A DNA stretch of 36,351 nt from Actinomycetota bacterium (GTDB lineage Bacteria; Actinomycetota; Actinomycetes; JAKEEW01). Shown here one piece after another: positions 26,152-35,296 of the stretch (positions within the stretch are counted from its first letter, which is position 1; each line of letters starts with the position of its first letter). The position numbers were made by a program, and so were the translations under genes. The stretch spans positions 1 to 36,351 of the forward strand of contig JBKOZJ010000026.1 in assembly GCA_046725875.1 (NCBI GenBank), read 5' to 3'. Below the pieces are notes generated by a model. That model searched no databases. It saw nothing but the letters and a program-made list of their open reading frames with translations, and had not been told where the DNA came from.

Positions 26152-27051
26152 CTAGGCTCGCGATCTTCGGGTCGCCTGCCGGTCCTTCGCACGGTCAAGC
26201 ATGCGCTTCGCCCGTTCGAGATCGCGTTCGGCCCGGCCTACATCTCGGTGGGTCTGGTTTGCGGCGTGGTCGGCGGCTCGCAGCTCGGCATCTAGCTGCT
26301 GCAGCTTGGACCGGAGATCGTCATACTCTCGGCGCAGCCGTGCCCGCTCCTCGTCCCGGCGTTCCGCGTCCGCCAAGATCTCGGCATGTCGCTCGCGGGC
26401 CTGGTTCACGTCGCTTGCCAGCCGGTCAAGACCGGGGCCGGCCGGGCGAAGCGTGGCTGTTGGCTCGGGCGGAGCGGTCTGTGCTCCACCGGGCGCGCCG
26501 GCCGTGGTCTCCTCACCCGCCTCTTCCGCCGGCCCCCCAGGTACGAGTTGCAGCGTCGGAACCGGTCCGAGCCCGGCATACCGGACCGGTCGATCGAGCC
26601 GGGCGGCGAGCACGGCCTCCGCAACGTCGGCATCCGCGAGGGCGCCAGCCAGCGTGGACTCGATGTCGAGCGCGATCTCGCTCGAGGTCGAGTGACCCTG
26701 CTCGGCGAGCTCGCGGGCCGCGGCCGCGACCAGCGAGGTCACGTATCGGTGGCGGGCCTCGCCGAGCGAGCGCATTTCATCCCGTCGACCGAGGCGCTGG
26801 GCCTTGGCGAGGGCGGGACCAAGCTCGAGCAGGGCCTTCAAGGTGTCATGCGCATCGCGGGCGAGCAGGTTGACGGCCCAGGCACTCACCGTCGGCTTGC
26901 GCAACTTCTTGATCTCGGCGGCGAGCTTCGTATCGCCGGCCGATCGCGCGGCGGCGGCCAGGGCATCCCGCCTGGCGACGAACTGATCCGGCGGGATGGC
27001 GTAGAGCTCATTGATCGCCGCGTCGAAGTCCTGCGCCTCCTCGCCTGCCAT
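26152..27051 (-). CDS. Conserved actinobacterial hypothetical protein with C-terminal coiled coil (paralogue of 23675..24637)
   Basis: NELYAIPPDQFVARRDAL...LRKPTVSAWAVNLLAR and ARLDRPVRYAGLG. Confidence 0.8.
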   Translation of the reverse strand: MAGEEAQDFDAAINELYAIPPDQFVARRDALAAAARSAGDTKLAAEIKKLRKPTVSAWAVNLLARDAHDTLKALLELGPALAKAQRLGRRDEMRSLGEARHRYVTSLVAAAARELAEQGHSTSSEIALDIESTLAGALADADVAEAVLAARLDRPVRYAGLGPVPTLQLVPGGPAEEAGEETTAGAPGGAQTAPPEPTATLRPAGPGLDRLASDVNQARERHAEILADAERRDEERARLRREYDDLRSKLQQLDAELRAADHAANQTHRDVGRAERDLERAKRMLDRAKDRQATRRSRA

Positions 27052-27202
27052 AGGTCAAGTCTTCCAGCCTGGTTGGGTTGGGTGAACCGGGTCTACGGCC
27101 GACTCGGGCAGGGGTCGGGCGGGTTGAGCCGTCGGCGGTTGGGCAAACGAGCAATCTGCGACCGGAAACAGACGATGCCGGAAGGCCCTGAGGAGGCGCG
27201 AG

Positions 27203-27616
27203 ATGGACCGAGAGAGCACCAAACACGGTCCTGCGCAGGACGACCGACTGGCGGCGGAGGCCGAGGGCATGGTTCGTGGCCGGGGCTCTACTCATGCCGA
27301 GGAGTGGAAAGAGCCCGAGCCCACGGACGAGGTGGCCGACCGGGCGCTGGGCGAGCAACCGCCGGGCCGCGAGCCGGCGGCTCCACCGGGCATGTCACCA
27401 CGTGATGTTGCGATGAGAAGCAACCTGGCGGCATTGCTGAGCGGTGCCGACTTCCCGGCGACCAGGGAGTCGCTGCTGCACTATCTGGATCGGATCGTTG
27501 CGTCTGGGCCGGTCCTGAACGCGGTTGCCGCCGCCCTGCCGTCCCACCGGGAATTCGCCAACCCGGGTGAGGTCGCCGATGCCCTGGGCATACCGCGCGA
27601 GGCTCACCGCTTCTGA
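27203..27616 (+). CDS. DUF2795-domain protein
   Basis: GAGGAGG RBS. C-terminal LSGADFPATRESLL...ALPSHREFANPGEVADAL. Confidence 0.8.
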   Translation: MDRESTKHGPAQDDRLAAEAEGMVRGRGSTHAEEWKEPEPTDEVADRALGEQPPGREPAAPPGMSPRDVAMRSNLAALLSGADFPATRESLLHYLDRIVASGPVLNAVAAALPSHREFANPGEVADALGIPREAHRF

Positions 27617-27689
27617 CGACCTGACGCACGGTCAGCCGGCCGCGGCGAGGTGGCCGGCACCGGCCAACTAGCTTTACGCCCAGTACTGC

Positions 27690-27777
27690 CGCTTTAGTCC
27701 GCTACCGCGGCTTACCTGGTATGGGGTCGGAATAGGGACAAGTCAGGCAGTCGATCACCGTTAGCGGACATAAAGCG
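27690..27777. repeat. 15/16-bp inverted repeat enclosing about 57 nt between convergent genes
   Basis: CGCTTTAGTCCGCTA (27690-27704) pairs with TAGCGGACATAAAGCG (27762-27777) with a single bulge. Confidence 0.55.
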
Positions 27778-27789
27778 CGGGATTTCGGT

Positions 27790-28902
27790 CTAGAACCGGA
27801 GGAGGCCACCGACGCCGTCTCGAGCGGTCCACGTCCGCCCGGCCCGGCCGTTGCCGCTGGACATCGGGTGCACCTCGGCACTGCCGGCGGCCGCCGCGCG
27901 CAAAAGTGCCGCGTCGGCCCGCGTTTCCCCCACGACGCCGGCGGGGCCGAGATCTGCTGGAGAGGTTGCGAGGTCCAACGGTCCCGGCCCGATCGGAATG
28001 CGCGCGTCCAACCCGGTGGCGGCGACGAGGAGGTGGTCGACCTCGCCCTGCCTGAGCGCGGCGACCGTGTCGGGCAGGCCCTCAACCGCGCCGCCGGCGC
28101 GACCACGCTGCTCGGCGAAGCGGTCGACGATGGCCCGCTCGCGCGCGTCGGCCTCGCTCGCGACCAGGCGCTGAGTGGAGTAGCGCAATGTGTCCTCGTC
28201 CACTCCTGGTGCCCGGCCCCCGCTCACTTCGACAACTTGCCCACGGCTGTCCGCCGGCAGGGCGTCGATTAGGGCCGCCTTTGCCCGCACATCGCCGGCG
28301 AGGACGATTAGCCGGGTCCGGTGCTGTCCGGCGAGCCGGTCGACCTGGTCGGCGACGAGCTGGGCGTTCGATGCCCAAATGTTCTCGGCGCGCTGTTGGA
28401 AACGCCGCTGCGACCAGCCCCCCGGCGCGACCTTCCTGATCGGGTGAGTACGGCCGGCGACCTCGGCCGCGGTCGCGACCCGGTGCGGGCCGTACACGGT
28501 GAGGTCCGCGCCGGCCCGGTCAACCAGGGCCACGATGTGCGGGATTCTGGCCGGGGCGATGCTGGTCACGGGGAACAGGTCGGGCAGCGTCGCCCAGCTG
28601 GCTCTATCCCGCGGAGCCGTGCCCGGCACGCGGTCGTCGTAGGCGACGCCGTCCGCTGCGCCGACGATCACCTGAGTTTGCGGGCCGACCGGTTTGAGTC
28701 CGTGCAGTCGGGCCTCCACGGCCGCGCTCATCGCGTCGAGTACCGCTTCGGTAGTACCGAGCTCGCTTAGCGACTCGCGCAGCCCGTGCCACGCGAGCGT
28801 GACTCGCCGGACTGCATCCTCGGTCCGGCGGGAGATGTCGAGGTACGCGGTGGCGAACGGACCCTCGTGGGCGTACACGGGAAGCAGGAACGACACGTTC
28901 AT
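27790..28902 (-). CDS. baeRF2 / Vms1-Ankzf1-like archaeo-eukaryotic release-factor homologue
   Basis: ATAYLD N-domain, VDRAGAD, catalytic loop GGWSQRRFQQRAEN, LAGDVRA, and eRF1-C-like AVEGLPDTVAALRQGEVDHLL...DGVGGLLRF. Confidence 0.87.
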   Translation of the reverse strand: MNVSFLLPVYAHEGPFATAYLDISRRTEDAVRRVTLAWHGLRESLSELGTTEAVLDAMSAAVEARLHGLKPVGPQTQVIVGAADGVAYDDRVPGTAPRDRASWATLPDLFPVTSIAPARIPHIVALVDRAGADLTVYGPHRVATAAEVAGRTHPIRKVAPGGWSQRRFQQRAENIWASNAQLVADQVDRLAGQHRTRLIVLAGDVRAKAALIDALPADSRGQVVEVSGGRAPGVDEDTLRYSTQRLVASEADARERAIVDRFAEQRGRAGGAVEGLPDTVAALRQGEVDHLLVAATGLDARIPIGPGPLDLATSPADLGPAGVVGETRADAALLRAAAAGSAEVHPMSSGNGRAGRTWTARDGVGGLLRF

Positions 28903-29663
28903 GTCAGGCTCCTTTGCTGCACGTCACAGGCTTCGGTCGCGGTCCGGTCCTTGTGGTTCAGGCAATAGACGGCGTATGCGCGGTTGAGCACCGGCAGCGC
29001 GACGTTACGCACTCGAACCCCCGCCGGAGTCGCCCCCTTTTCGGTGCCGGCGTGCGCGTGGCCGTGGACGGCGAGGTCGGTGCCCGTGGCGTCGACCGCC
29101 TCCGCCAACAGGTAACTTCCGAGAAACGGATAGATCTCGGGCGGCTCGCCGGCCAGGGTGTCCTTCACCGGCGAGTAATGGGTTAGCGCAATGCGGTAGT
29201 CGGTGTCGAGGGAGGCCAGCTCTGCCCGGAGCCCCTCGGCTATCTGCTGGGTGTGCCACACGAACGCCTTGATCTCCCGTTCGCCGAAGGCGCTGACGTT
29301 CTTGCCCGCGAAACCGCCGCCGAACCCCTTCGAGCCCGCAACCCCCAACGTCCCGCTGTTGCAGGACAGGACTGTGCTCGAGCACTCGAGAACGATCATT
29401 CCAGCGTCGGACAGAATCCGGCCGATCTCGTCTTGCGCATCAGAGTGGTAGTCGTGGTTGCCGAGCACGGCGACGACCGGAACCGGCATGTCCGCGAACT
29501 CCTTGGCGACCAGCCGCCCTTCGTCTGGGGTTCCGTGTCTGGTGAGGTCTCCGGCGAGGAGCAACACGTCGGCCTGTTCGGCGAGCGGTGCGAGGCGCGG
29601 CCGCAGCAGGCCGGCGTTGTCCGCCCCGAGATGGATGTCTCCGACCGCAGCGACCCGGATCAT
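28899..29663 (-). CDS. Calcineurin-like metallophosphoesterase
   Basis: GDIH, AGDLT, LGNHD, THY and HGHAH. Confidence 0.92.
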   Translation of the reverse strand: MIRVAAVGDIHLGADNAGLLRPRLAPLAEQADVLLLAGDLTRHGTPDEGRLVAKEFADMPVPVVAVLGNHDYHSDAQDEIGRILSDAGMIVLECSSTVLSCNSGTLGVAGSKGFGGGFAGKNVSAFGEREIKAFVWHTQQIAEGLRAELASLDTDYRIALTHYSPVKDTLAGEPPEIYPFLGSYLLAEAVDATGTDLAVHGHAHAGTEKGATPAGVRVRNVALPVLNRAYAVYCLNHKDRTATEACDVQQRSLT

Positions 29664-29914
29664 GCGAACCTCTCCTCCTCGGTCGCATCACGCATCTCCA
29701 CGACGTTGATCTCGTTGTGGAAATGCAGTCCAGGTTCGCCTTCCTGAGCGACCTCGGCGATCTGCCGTCGGCGCTCCTGGCTGTTGACCTGGCCGCGCAG
29801 GAACGCCTCCTCGCCGCGGACGTCGACGTGGATACCCAGCTCTCCAACCCGCTCGTCCTCGGCTAGCTTCCTCTTGATCCGGGCAGCCACGTAATGCGGC
29901 GCTTCACGGTCCAT
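29660..29914 (-). CDS. BON-domain protein (84 aa)
   Basis: RIKRKLAEDERVGELGIHVDVRGEEAFLRGQV...NEINV; no signal peptide. Confidence 0.8.
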   Translation of the reverse strand: MDREAPHYVAARIKRKLAEDERVGELGIHVDVRGEEAFLRGQVNSQERRRQIAEVAQEGEPGLHFHNEINVVEMRDATEEERFA

Positions 29915-30581
29915 GGATCTCCTCCCGGGTGATTACACCGAGCTGTTCAAGCAGCACGAGGAACGCGTAGGCATATGGGGACTCGGCGGTCTCTTTCCAA
30001 ACCCGGAGCCAGTCGATCTGTTCACGGAGTGCGCGGGCGGTCGGGAGCACCTCGGCGAAGTCGCAGCCGTGGGCGGAGAACGCCAACAGCTTCGAGATCA
30101 CCAGATGAGTGGCGCTGATGACCGGCATCCGCACCGCCCCGACCTCGATCTCCTCCGCTTCGGCGAGAAGCTCCGGCGTCACCGCCCGGCCCGCGGGCCG
30201 GAAAATCAGGTCGACCAGAATGGCCGGCTCGTCGCCGGCGCCAGGCCGGGTCATGGCCGACGGGAGGTATGGATCCACCGGTGATCCCCGCATCCCGGCT
30301 CCCCCGGCCTTTACGGCCTCGATCGGAACCGGGTCCCAGGCCTTGACCAGCCAGTCCTCGGGTGGGCGCTCCACCTGCATGCCGACCGTGCCGAGCGCGT
30401 GTAGCGCCCGTTCCGCGTCCTCTTCGAGGACCATGAAATCAACGTCGTGTTGCGGCGGAGCGGCGCCCCGGGCGTAGGCGGCATACCCGCCCCCGAGTGC
30501 GAACGGCACACCCGCCTCACGCAGAGCCGCGGCGGCCCGTTTGAGCGTACGCAGCAGGGGTGTGTCGTCCTGGCTACCCAT
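29904..30581 (-). CDS. Pol-beta-superfamily nucleotidyltransferase
   Basis: GVPFALGGGYAAYA, HDVDF (DxD), VDLIF and LVISKL. Confidence 0.85.
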   Translation of the reverse strand: MGSQDDTPLLRTLKRAAAALREAGVPFALGGGYAAYARGAAPPQHDVDFMVLEEDAERALHALGTVGMQVERPPEDWLVKAWDPVPIEAVKAGGAGMRGSPVDPYLPSAMTRPGAGDEPAILVDLIFRPAGRAVTPELLAEAEEIEVGAVRMPVISATHLVISKLLAFSAHGCDFAEVLPTARALREQIDWLRVWKETAESPYAYAFLVLLEQLGVITREEIHGP

Positions 30582-30677
30582 GACGGACGCTCGTACCCCG
30601 CCGCGGGTCTCCCATGCTGGGGGCGCGTCGCCGCGGGCCCGGTAGATGCTGTACCGGTCGGGTTTGACCCCTAGCGA

Positions 30678-31379
30678 CTAGATTCGCGGCATCCGGCCGC
30701 GGCTCCCGACGACCTGTCTGGCAAGGTCAACCAAGCGCGTGTGCGTGCGCTGCGACTCGGCCACCAAGCGCTGGAACGCGATCTCTTCGTCACAGCTGAG
30801 GGCCTGCATGATCATGCCCTTCGCTTGGTCCACGATTGCGCGCGACTCGACCGACTCGGTGAGCTGCGCGGCTGTCCGCTGGGCGTCGTCGTACTTCCAG
30901 AGGTTCGCCATCACGGCCTGGCCCTGCTGGGCGAGGAGCGCGGCCAGCGAGTACGACTCAGGATCGAACGCGTTCGGCCGGATGGCGTAAAGCGTCAGAG
31001 TCACCCCGGAACCGTGCAGGACCGCGAACTTGGTCAGGGTCGACCGGACGCCTACGCGCAACGCCAATGCGGCATAACGTGGCCAGCGTCGCTCGGTGAG
31101 CAGGTCAGCGCAGTAGACGGTGTCTTCGGTCGTCCGAGAGGCGTGGATCGACGGACCTTCGTCCAAGGCGATCTGCGCCTCGACCAGACGGACCACGTCC
31201 GGGTGCGTGCCCGTCTGCTCCTCCTGCTCGCCGCCCCGCCAGATGGTCATGGTCGCCGCAGCGCAGTTGCCAACCATGCGCATGGCCAGGTGCGATATGC
31301 GGTTCATCACCTTCGCGGCGGAGCCGTCACCGACCCGGTTCAGCTGCGCGAGGTCCTCGGCGAGGAAGTCATCGATCAT
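30678..31379 (-). CDS. GAF-ANTAR RNA-binding regulator
   Basis: GAF motifs EGPS, RWPRYA and LTLYA. ANTAR motif ESRAIVDQAKGMIMQ...AFQRLVAESQRTHTRLVDLARQVV. Confidence 0.9.
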   Translation of the reverse strand: MIDDFLAEDLAQLNRVGDGSAAKVMNRISHLAMRMVGNCAAATMTIWRGGEQEEQTGTHPDVVRLVEAQIALDEGPSIHASRTTEDTVYCADLLTERRWPRYAALALRVGVRSTLTKFAVLHGSGVTLTLYAIRPNAFDPESYSLAALLAQQGQAVMANLWKYDDAQRTAAQLTESVESRAIVDQAKGMIMQALSCDEEIAFQRLVAESQRTHTRLVDLARQVVGSRGRMPRI

Positions 31380-31570
31380 CGTTTGCGACCTTCCTCGAGC
31401 AACTTACCGCCGATCGGCCGGAATTGCTCGGCTGCGACTCTGTTGATCGCTTTGGCCGGGCACTTACCATGATGGTCGCATCGCCCCAGCCGGGCCGTGC
31501 GCGGAGCCGGGTTGTTGCCGGCATCGGCAGGTACGAGGGGCATTCGCGGTAAGTCGGGGAGCAGGACGCA

Positions 31571-33454
31571 GTGCAGGAATCGAGGGACCCCGCCTGGCTC
31601 GACCGGGAGGTGGAGGAGGCGCGCAGCCGTTTCGCCGAGCTGCGCCGTGCCCTTGCGGTCCCCGACGTTGACTATGCGTCCCTGCTCGAAGCCGCGTTCG
31701 CCGAGCTCGAGCTCGCCGAGGAGACCCTCGCCACGGCCCAGACGGTGCTCGCGGAGCGAGCCGGGCGACCGGCGGCGCCGGACGCGGATCGCCGGCTGCT
31801 GCGGGCGGTCTTCCAGGAGCTTCCGGTGGCCGCGTTCATCCTCGATCGAGACGGGACCATCCGGCGCGCGAACAAGCAAGCCGGTGTGCTGTTGGGTAGT
31901 TCGCCCGGATATGCCACCGGCCGGTCCCTGGCCGCCTTCGTGGACCTGCCCAAGCGCGCCGCCTTCCGTACTCACGTGTCCGGTGTGGCTAGGACGGGCA
32001 AGCCGAGAACTCTGCGCACTCAGCTGCTCGCCGAACCGCCGGCGGACGTCGTGCTGACGTTGAGCCGGATCGAGATCCGCGGCGACGTGGTACCCCTGGT
32101 GATCGCGGTCGCCGGCCCGCTCGCGATGACGCGACGGGCGGAGCCGCCGCCGCCCGCCTCGGCGGTCGAGGGCCCGGACCGCGCGCTCGCGGCCGCTACG
32201 CTGCGACTGGACATCCTCAGCGCCGTGACCAGGAACCTCCTGGCCGACGAGTCCTTCAACGAGGTCGTCGCGATCCGGCGCAGCTCCCGGTTGGTAGCCG
32301 AGGAGATCGCCGACTGGGTCGTCGTGGACGTGGCGACTAACGGCGTGCTGGGCCGCCAGGTCGTCATCGGTCCGGACAACGAGCGAGCGCGCCAAGCGAC
32401 CAGGGCGGTGGAGGCGGTCGATCCCGACGAGGGCGGCCTGGCCGACCAGGTCTATACCTCTGGGCAGTCGATCCTGCTCGCCCATAACGAGGAGGCCGAC
32501 TCGCTCGGACACATGCCCGACGGTGCACCGCTGTCGGCGCTTCTTCGCGCTCGCTCGATCGTAGGCGTCCCACTGCGCGACGAGGGCGAGGTTTTCGGCG
32601 TCCTCACGGCGGTCCGTACCCCCCGGCGCCCCTCTTTCGACCTCCTCGACCTGGCCCTGCTCGAGGAGCTCGGGCTGATGCTCGGTCTCGCCATCAGGTC
32701 TGATCGGCTGTTCCGCCGCAGGTCGTCGGTCGCGGACGCCCTGCAGTCGAGCCTGCTGCCCAGGACGCTCCCGACCGTGCCTGGCGCCGAGCTTGCGGCC
32801 ACCTACCTGCCCGCCACCCGTGGCATCGAGGTGGGCGGCGACTTCTATGACGTATTCGAGAGCCCCGGCGGATGGAGCTTGGTGCTCGGCGACGTGTGCG
32901 GGAAGGGCGAGGAGGCGGCCGCCTACACCGCGGCCGCACGGCACGCCACTCGCCTGCTCGGCCACTGGAACTCCAAGCCGGGCAAGGTGCTGCAGCAGGC
33001 CAACGACTGGCTGGTCGTCCAGCCCGAAGCCGACCGGTTCGTGACGGCGATCCTCGTCCATATCGAGCGGCGTGGCCGCACCGTCGCCTTGAGCAGCGGC
33101 ACCGCCGGGCATCCGCCCTTGATCATCGTTCGGACGGGCGGGACGATTCAGGCCGGGACCGGCGGCGGGGTGCCGATCGGTCTCTTCCCAGACAGTGAGG
33201 TCGCGGCGGAGGAGGCCGAGCTGGAGCCGCGGGACACCCTTTTCCTCTACTCCGACGGCATTATCGAGGCGCGTTCTCCGGAGGGGGAGCTTTTCGGTTC
33301 CGATCGGCTTACCGACACGCTGGCCATGCACGCGGGAGATCCCGTGTCGCTGATGGTGGGCGCCGTCGAGTCGGCCGTGACCGAGTTCGCCTCCGGCGAC
33401 CTGCGCGACGACCTGTCGATCCTGGCACTGCGGGTTGTCGAGCCGCCCGAATAA
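31571..33454 (+). CDS. PAS-GAF-PP2C (SpoIIE/RsbU-like) protein phosphatase
   Basis: Coiled coil, PAS (LDRDGTIRRAN), GAF, then LQSSLLP, VGGDFYD, GDVCGKG, AGHPP, YSDGIIE and DDL. Confidence 0.92.
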   Translation: MQESRDPAWLDREVEEARSRFAELRRALAVPDVDYASLLEAAFAELELAEETLATAQTVLAERAGRPAAPDADRRLLRAVFQELPVAAFILDRDGTIRRANKQAGVLLGSSPGYATGRSLAAFVDLPKRAAFRTHVSGVARTGKPRTLRTQLLAEPPADVVLTLSRIEIRGDVVPLVIAVAGPLAMTRRAEPPPPASAVEGPDRALAAATLRLDILSAVTRNLLADESFNEVVAIRRSSRLVAEEIADWVVVDVATNGVLGRQVVIGPDNERARQATRAVEAVDPDEGGLADQVYTSGQSILLAHNEEADSLGHMPDGAPLSALLRARSIVGVPLRDEGEVFGVLTAVRTPRRPSFDLLDLALLEELGLMLGLAIRSDRLFRRRSSVADALQSSLLPRTLPTVPGAELAATYLPATRGIEVGGDFYDVFESPGGWSLVLGDVCGKGEEAAAYTAAARHATRLLGHWNSKPGKVLQQANDWLVVQPEADRFVTAILVHIERRGRTVALSSGTAGHPPLIIVRTGGTIQAGTGGGVPIGLFPDSEVAAEEAELEPRDTLFLYSDGIIEARSPEGELFGSDRLTDTLAMHAGDPVSLMVGAVESAVTEFASGDLRDDLSILALRVVEPPE

Positions 33455-33619
33455 TCCCTTTCCGAGCCTTTTTCGACCTAGTTGTCCCGGCAAGAAGTTG
33501 AGAGAAGCGCTTCTTCCGCCGTTTCGCGGACTACTTCTCTGGATAGTCGTTCTTACGGTGCCTAAGACGCAGGCACATCGACGAAGGTGCGGTTCGCCGC
33601 ACATCACTCGGAGGTGTGC

Positions 33620-35296
33620 ATGCGCGTCTTGGGCATCAATGCTGTCTTCCACGATCCGGCCGCCGCGCTGGTGGCCGACGGTGAGATCGTCGCGGCCGCC
33701 GAGGAGGAGCGGTTCTCCCGGCGCAAGCACGGCAAGCCCCCGGTGCCGTTCGCGGCGTGGGAGCTGCCGGAGCGCGCCGCCGCATGGTGCCTGGACCACG
33801 CCGGACTCGAAGCAGGCGACCTCGACGCCGTCGCGTATTCATACGACCCCGCGCTGACCCGGCCCCCGGTCGAGCTTGGTCTCCACGACCCCTGGGACAG
33901 CCTGCGGACCGCGTTCGCGTGGCACGCGCCGAGCTTCCTTGCCGCGGCGCTGCCCGGCCTCGACCCGGCGATAGTTCGGTTCGTGCCGCACCATGTCGCC
34001 CACGCCGCCTCGGCCGGCCTCGCCGCACCATTCGGCGACTGCGCTGTCCTCGTCCTCGACGGCCGCGGTGAGGCGGTCTCGCATCTCGCCGGGCGCTACC
34101 ACCAGAGCGGCGAGCTCGAGATCCTCGCAAGCCAGGAGCTGCCGCACTCGCTCGGACTGCTCTACGAGTCGGTCACCGAGCACCTTGGGTTCCAGCGGTC
34201 GTCCGACGAGTACAAGGTCATGGCTCTCGCCTCGTATGGGCGGCCGCGGTTCCTCGACGAGCTCCGCTGGGCGGTGCGCGCGACCGGCGACGGCGGCTTC
34301 GTCACGCTGCCAGTCGACTGGGCCGCTCTTACCAAGCCACGAGCCTCAGGCGCCGAGTGGACCAGTGATCACGCCGACCTGGCCGCGAGCGTCCAGCGGC
34401 GGCTCGAGGAAGTGCTTCTGGAGCTCGTTGGCTGGTTGTACGACCAGACCGGCGCCCGGGCGTTGGCGATGGCTGGCGGTGTCGCGCTCAACTGCGTCGC
34501 CAACTCGGTGATCGCCGAACGTGGCCCGTTCAGTCGGGTGTGGGTACAGCCGGCGGCCGGTGACGCCGGGACCGCTCTCGGCGGTGCCCTCCAGCTCGCC
34601 GCCGAGGGCGGCGAACCCCGCGCGATCATGGCCGGGGTCGACTTGGGCCGCGGGTTCAGTGATGACACCGTCGAGGCCACTCTGCGCGCCGCCGCGCTGC
34701 CGTTCGATCGACCGGCCGATCTCGCCGGCCGGATAGCGGCGGCGCTCGCCGCCAACCAGGTGGTTGGGTGGTTCCAAGGGCGCAGCGAGTACGGCCCGCG
34801 CGCGCTCGGACACCGCTCGCTGCTCGCCCATCCAGGGGTCGCAGCCAACCTTGATCGGCTCAACGCGGTCAAGGGCCGCGAGCAGTTCCGGCCGATCGCC
34901 CCGATGGTTCTGGTCGACCGTGCCCACGAGATCTTCGCCGGACCTCTTTCGAGCCCGTACATGCTCTTCGTCCACGAGGTGAGCCCCAGCTGGCGCGGGC
35001 GCATCCCCGCTGTCGTCCACGTGGACGGTACGGCACGGATCCAGACCGTCGACCGGCAGACCGAACCGCTCGTCGCGGCCGTCCTGGACCGGTTCGAGGC
35101 GCTGACCGGGCTGCCGGTCGTGGTCAACACAAGCTTGAACACGGCCGGCCGGCCGATGGTCGACGAGCCCAGAGACGCACTCGAGCTCTTCGGGTCCGCA
35201 CCCGTCGACCTGCTCGCCATCGGCCCGTTCGTCGTGGAGCGGCCGCGTCCTGGGAGCCGGACGGCCTGGGCGGGCGAGCCGGAGGACGCCCGATGA
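33620..35296 (+). CDS. CmcH/NodU-family carbamoyltransferase
   Basis: GGAGGT RBS. HDPAAAL, EEERFSRRKH, HHVAHAAS, DGRGE, EYKVMALA, GGVALNC, GDAG, GPRALGHRS, REQFRP, HVDGTAR and NTSLN. Confidence 0.95.
   Translation: MRVLGINAVFHDPAAALVADGEIVAAAEEERFSRRKHGKPPVPFAAWELPERAAAWCLDHAGLEAGDLDAVAYSYDPALTRPPVELGLHDPWDSLRTAFAWHAPSFLAAALPGLDPAIVRFVPHHVAHAASAGLAAPFGDCAVLVLDGRGEAVSHLAGRYHQSGELEILASQELPHSLGLLYESVTEHLGFQRSSDEYKVMALASYGRPRFLDELRWAVRATGDGGFVTLPVDWAALTKPRASGAEWTSDHADLAASVQRRLEEVLLELVGWLYDQTGARALAMAGGVALNCVANSVIAERGPFSRVWVQPAAGDAGTALGGALQLAAEGGEPRAIMAGVDLGRGFSDDTVEATLRAAALPFDRPADLAGRIAAALAANQVVGWFQGRSEYGPRALGHRSLLAHPGVAANLDRLNAVKGREQFRPIAPMVLVDRAHEIFAGPLSSPYMLFVHEVSPSWRGRIPAVVHVDGTARIQTVDRQTEPLVAAVLDRFEALTGLPVVVNTSLNTAGRPMVDEPRDALELFGSAPVDLLAIGPFVVERPRPGSRTAWAGEPEDAR

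Noticed and set aside
14494..30581. AbiEi gene plus the nucleotidyltransferase as a type IV toxin-antitoxin pair
   Set aside because: They are about 14.5 kb apart and the NTase is embedded in its own coupled operon.
31376..33799. 807-aa minus-strand ORF
   Set aside because: Antisense shadow of the PP2C phosphatase gene.
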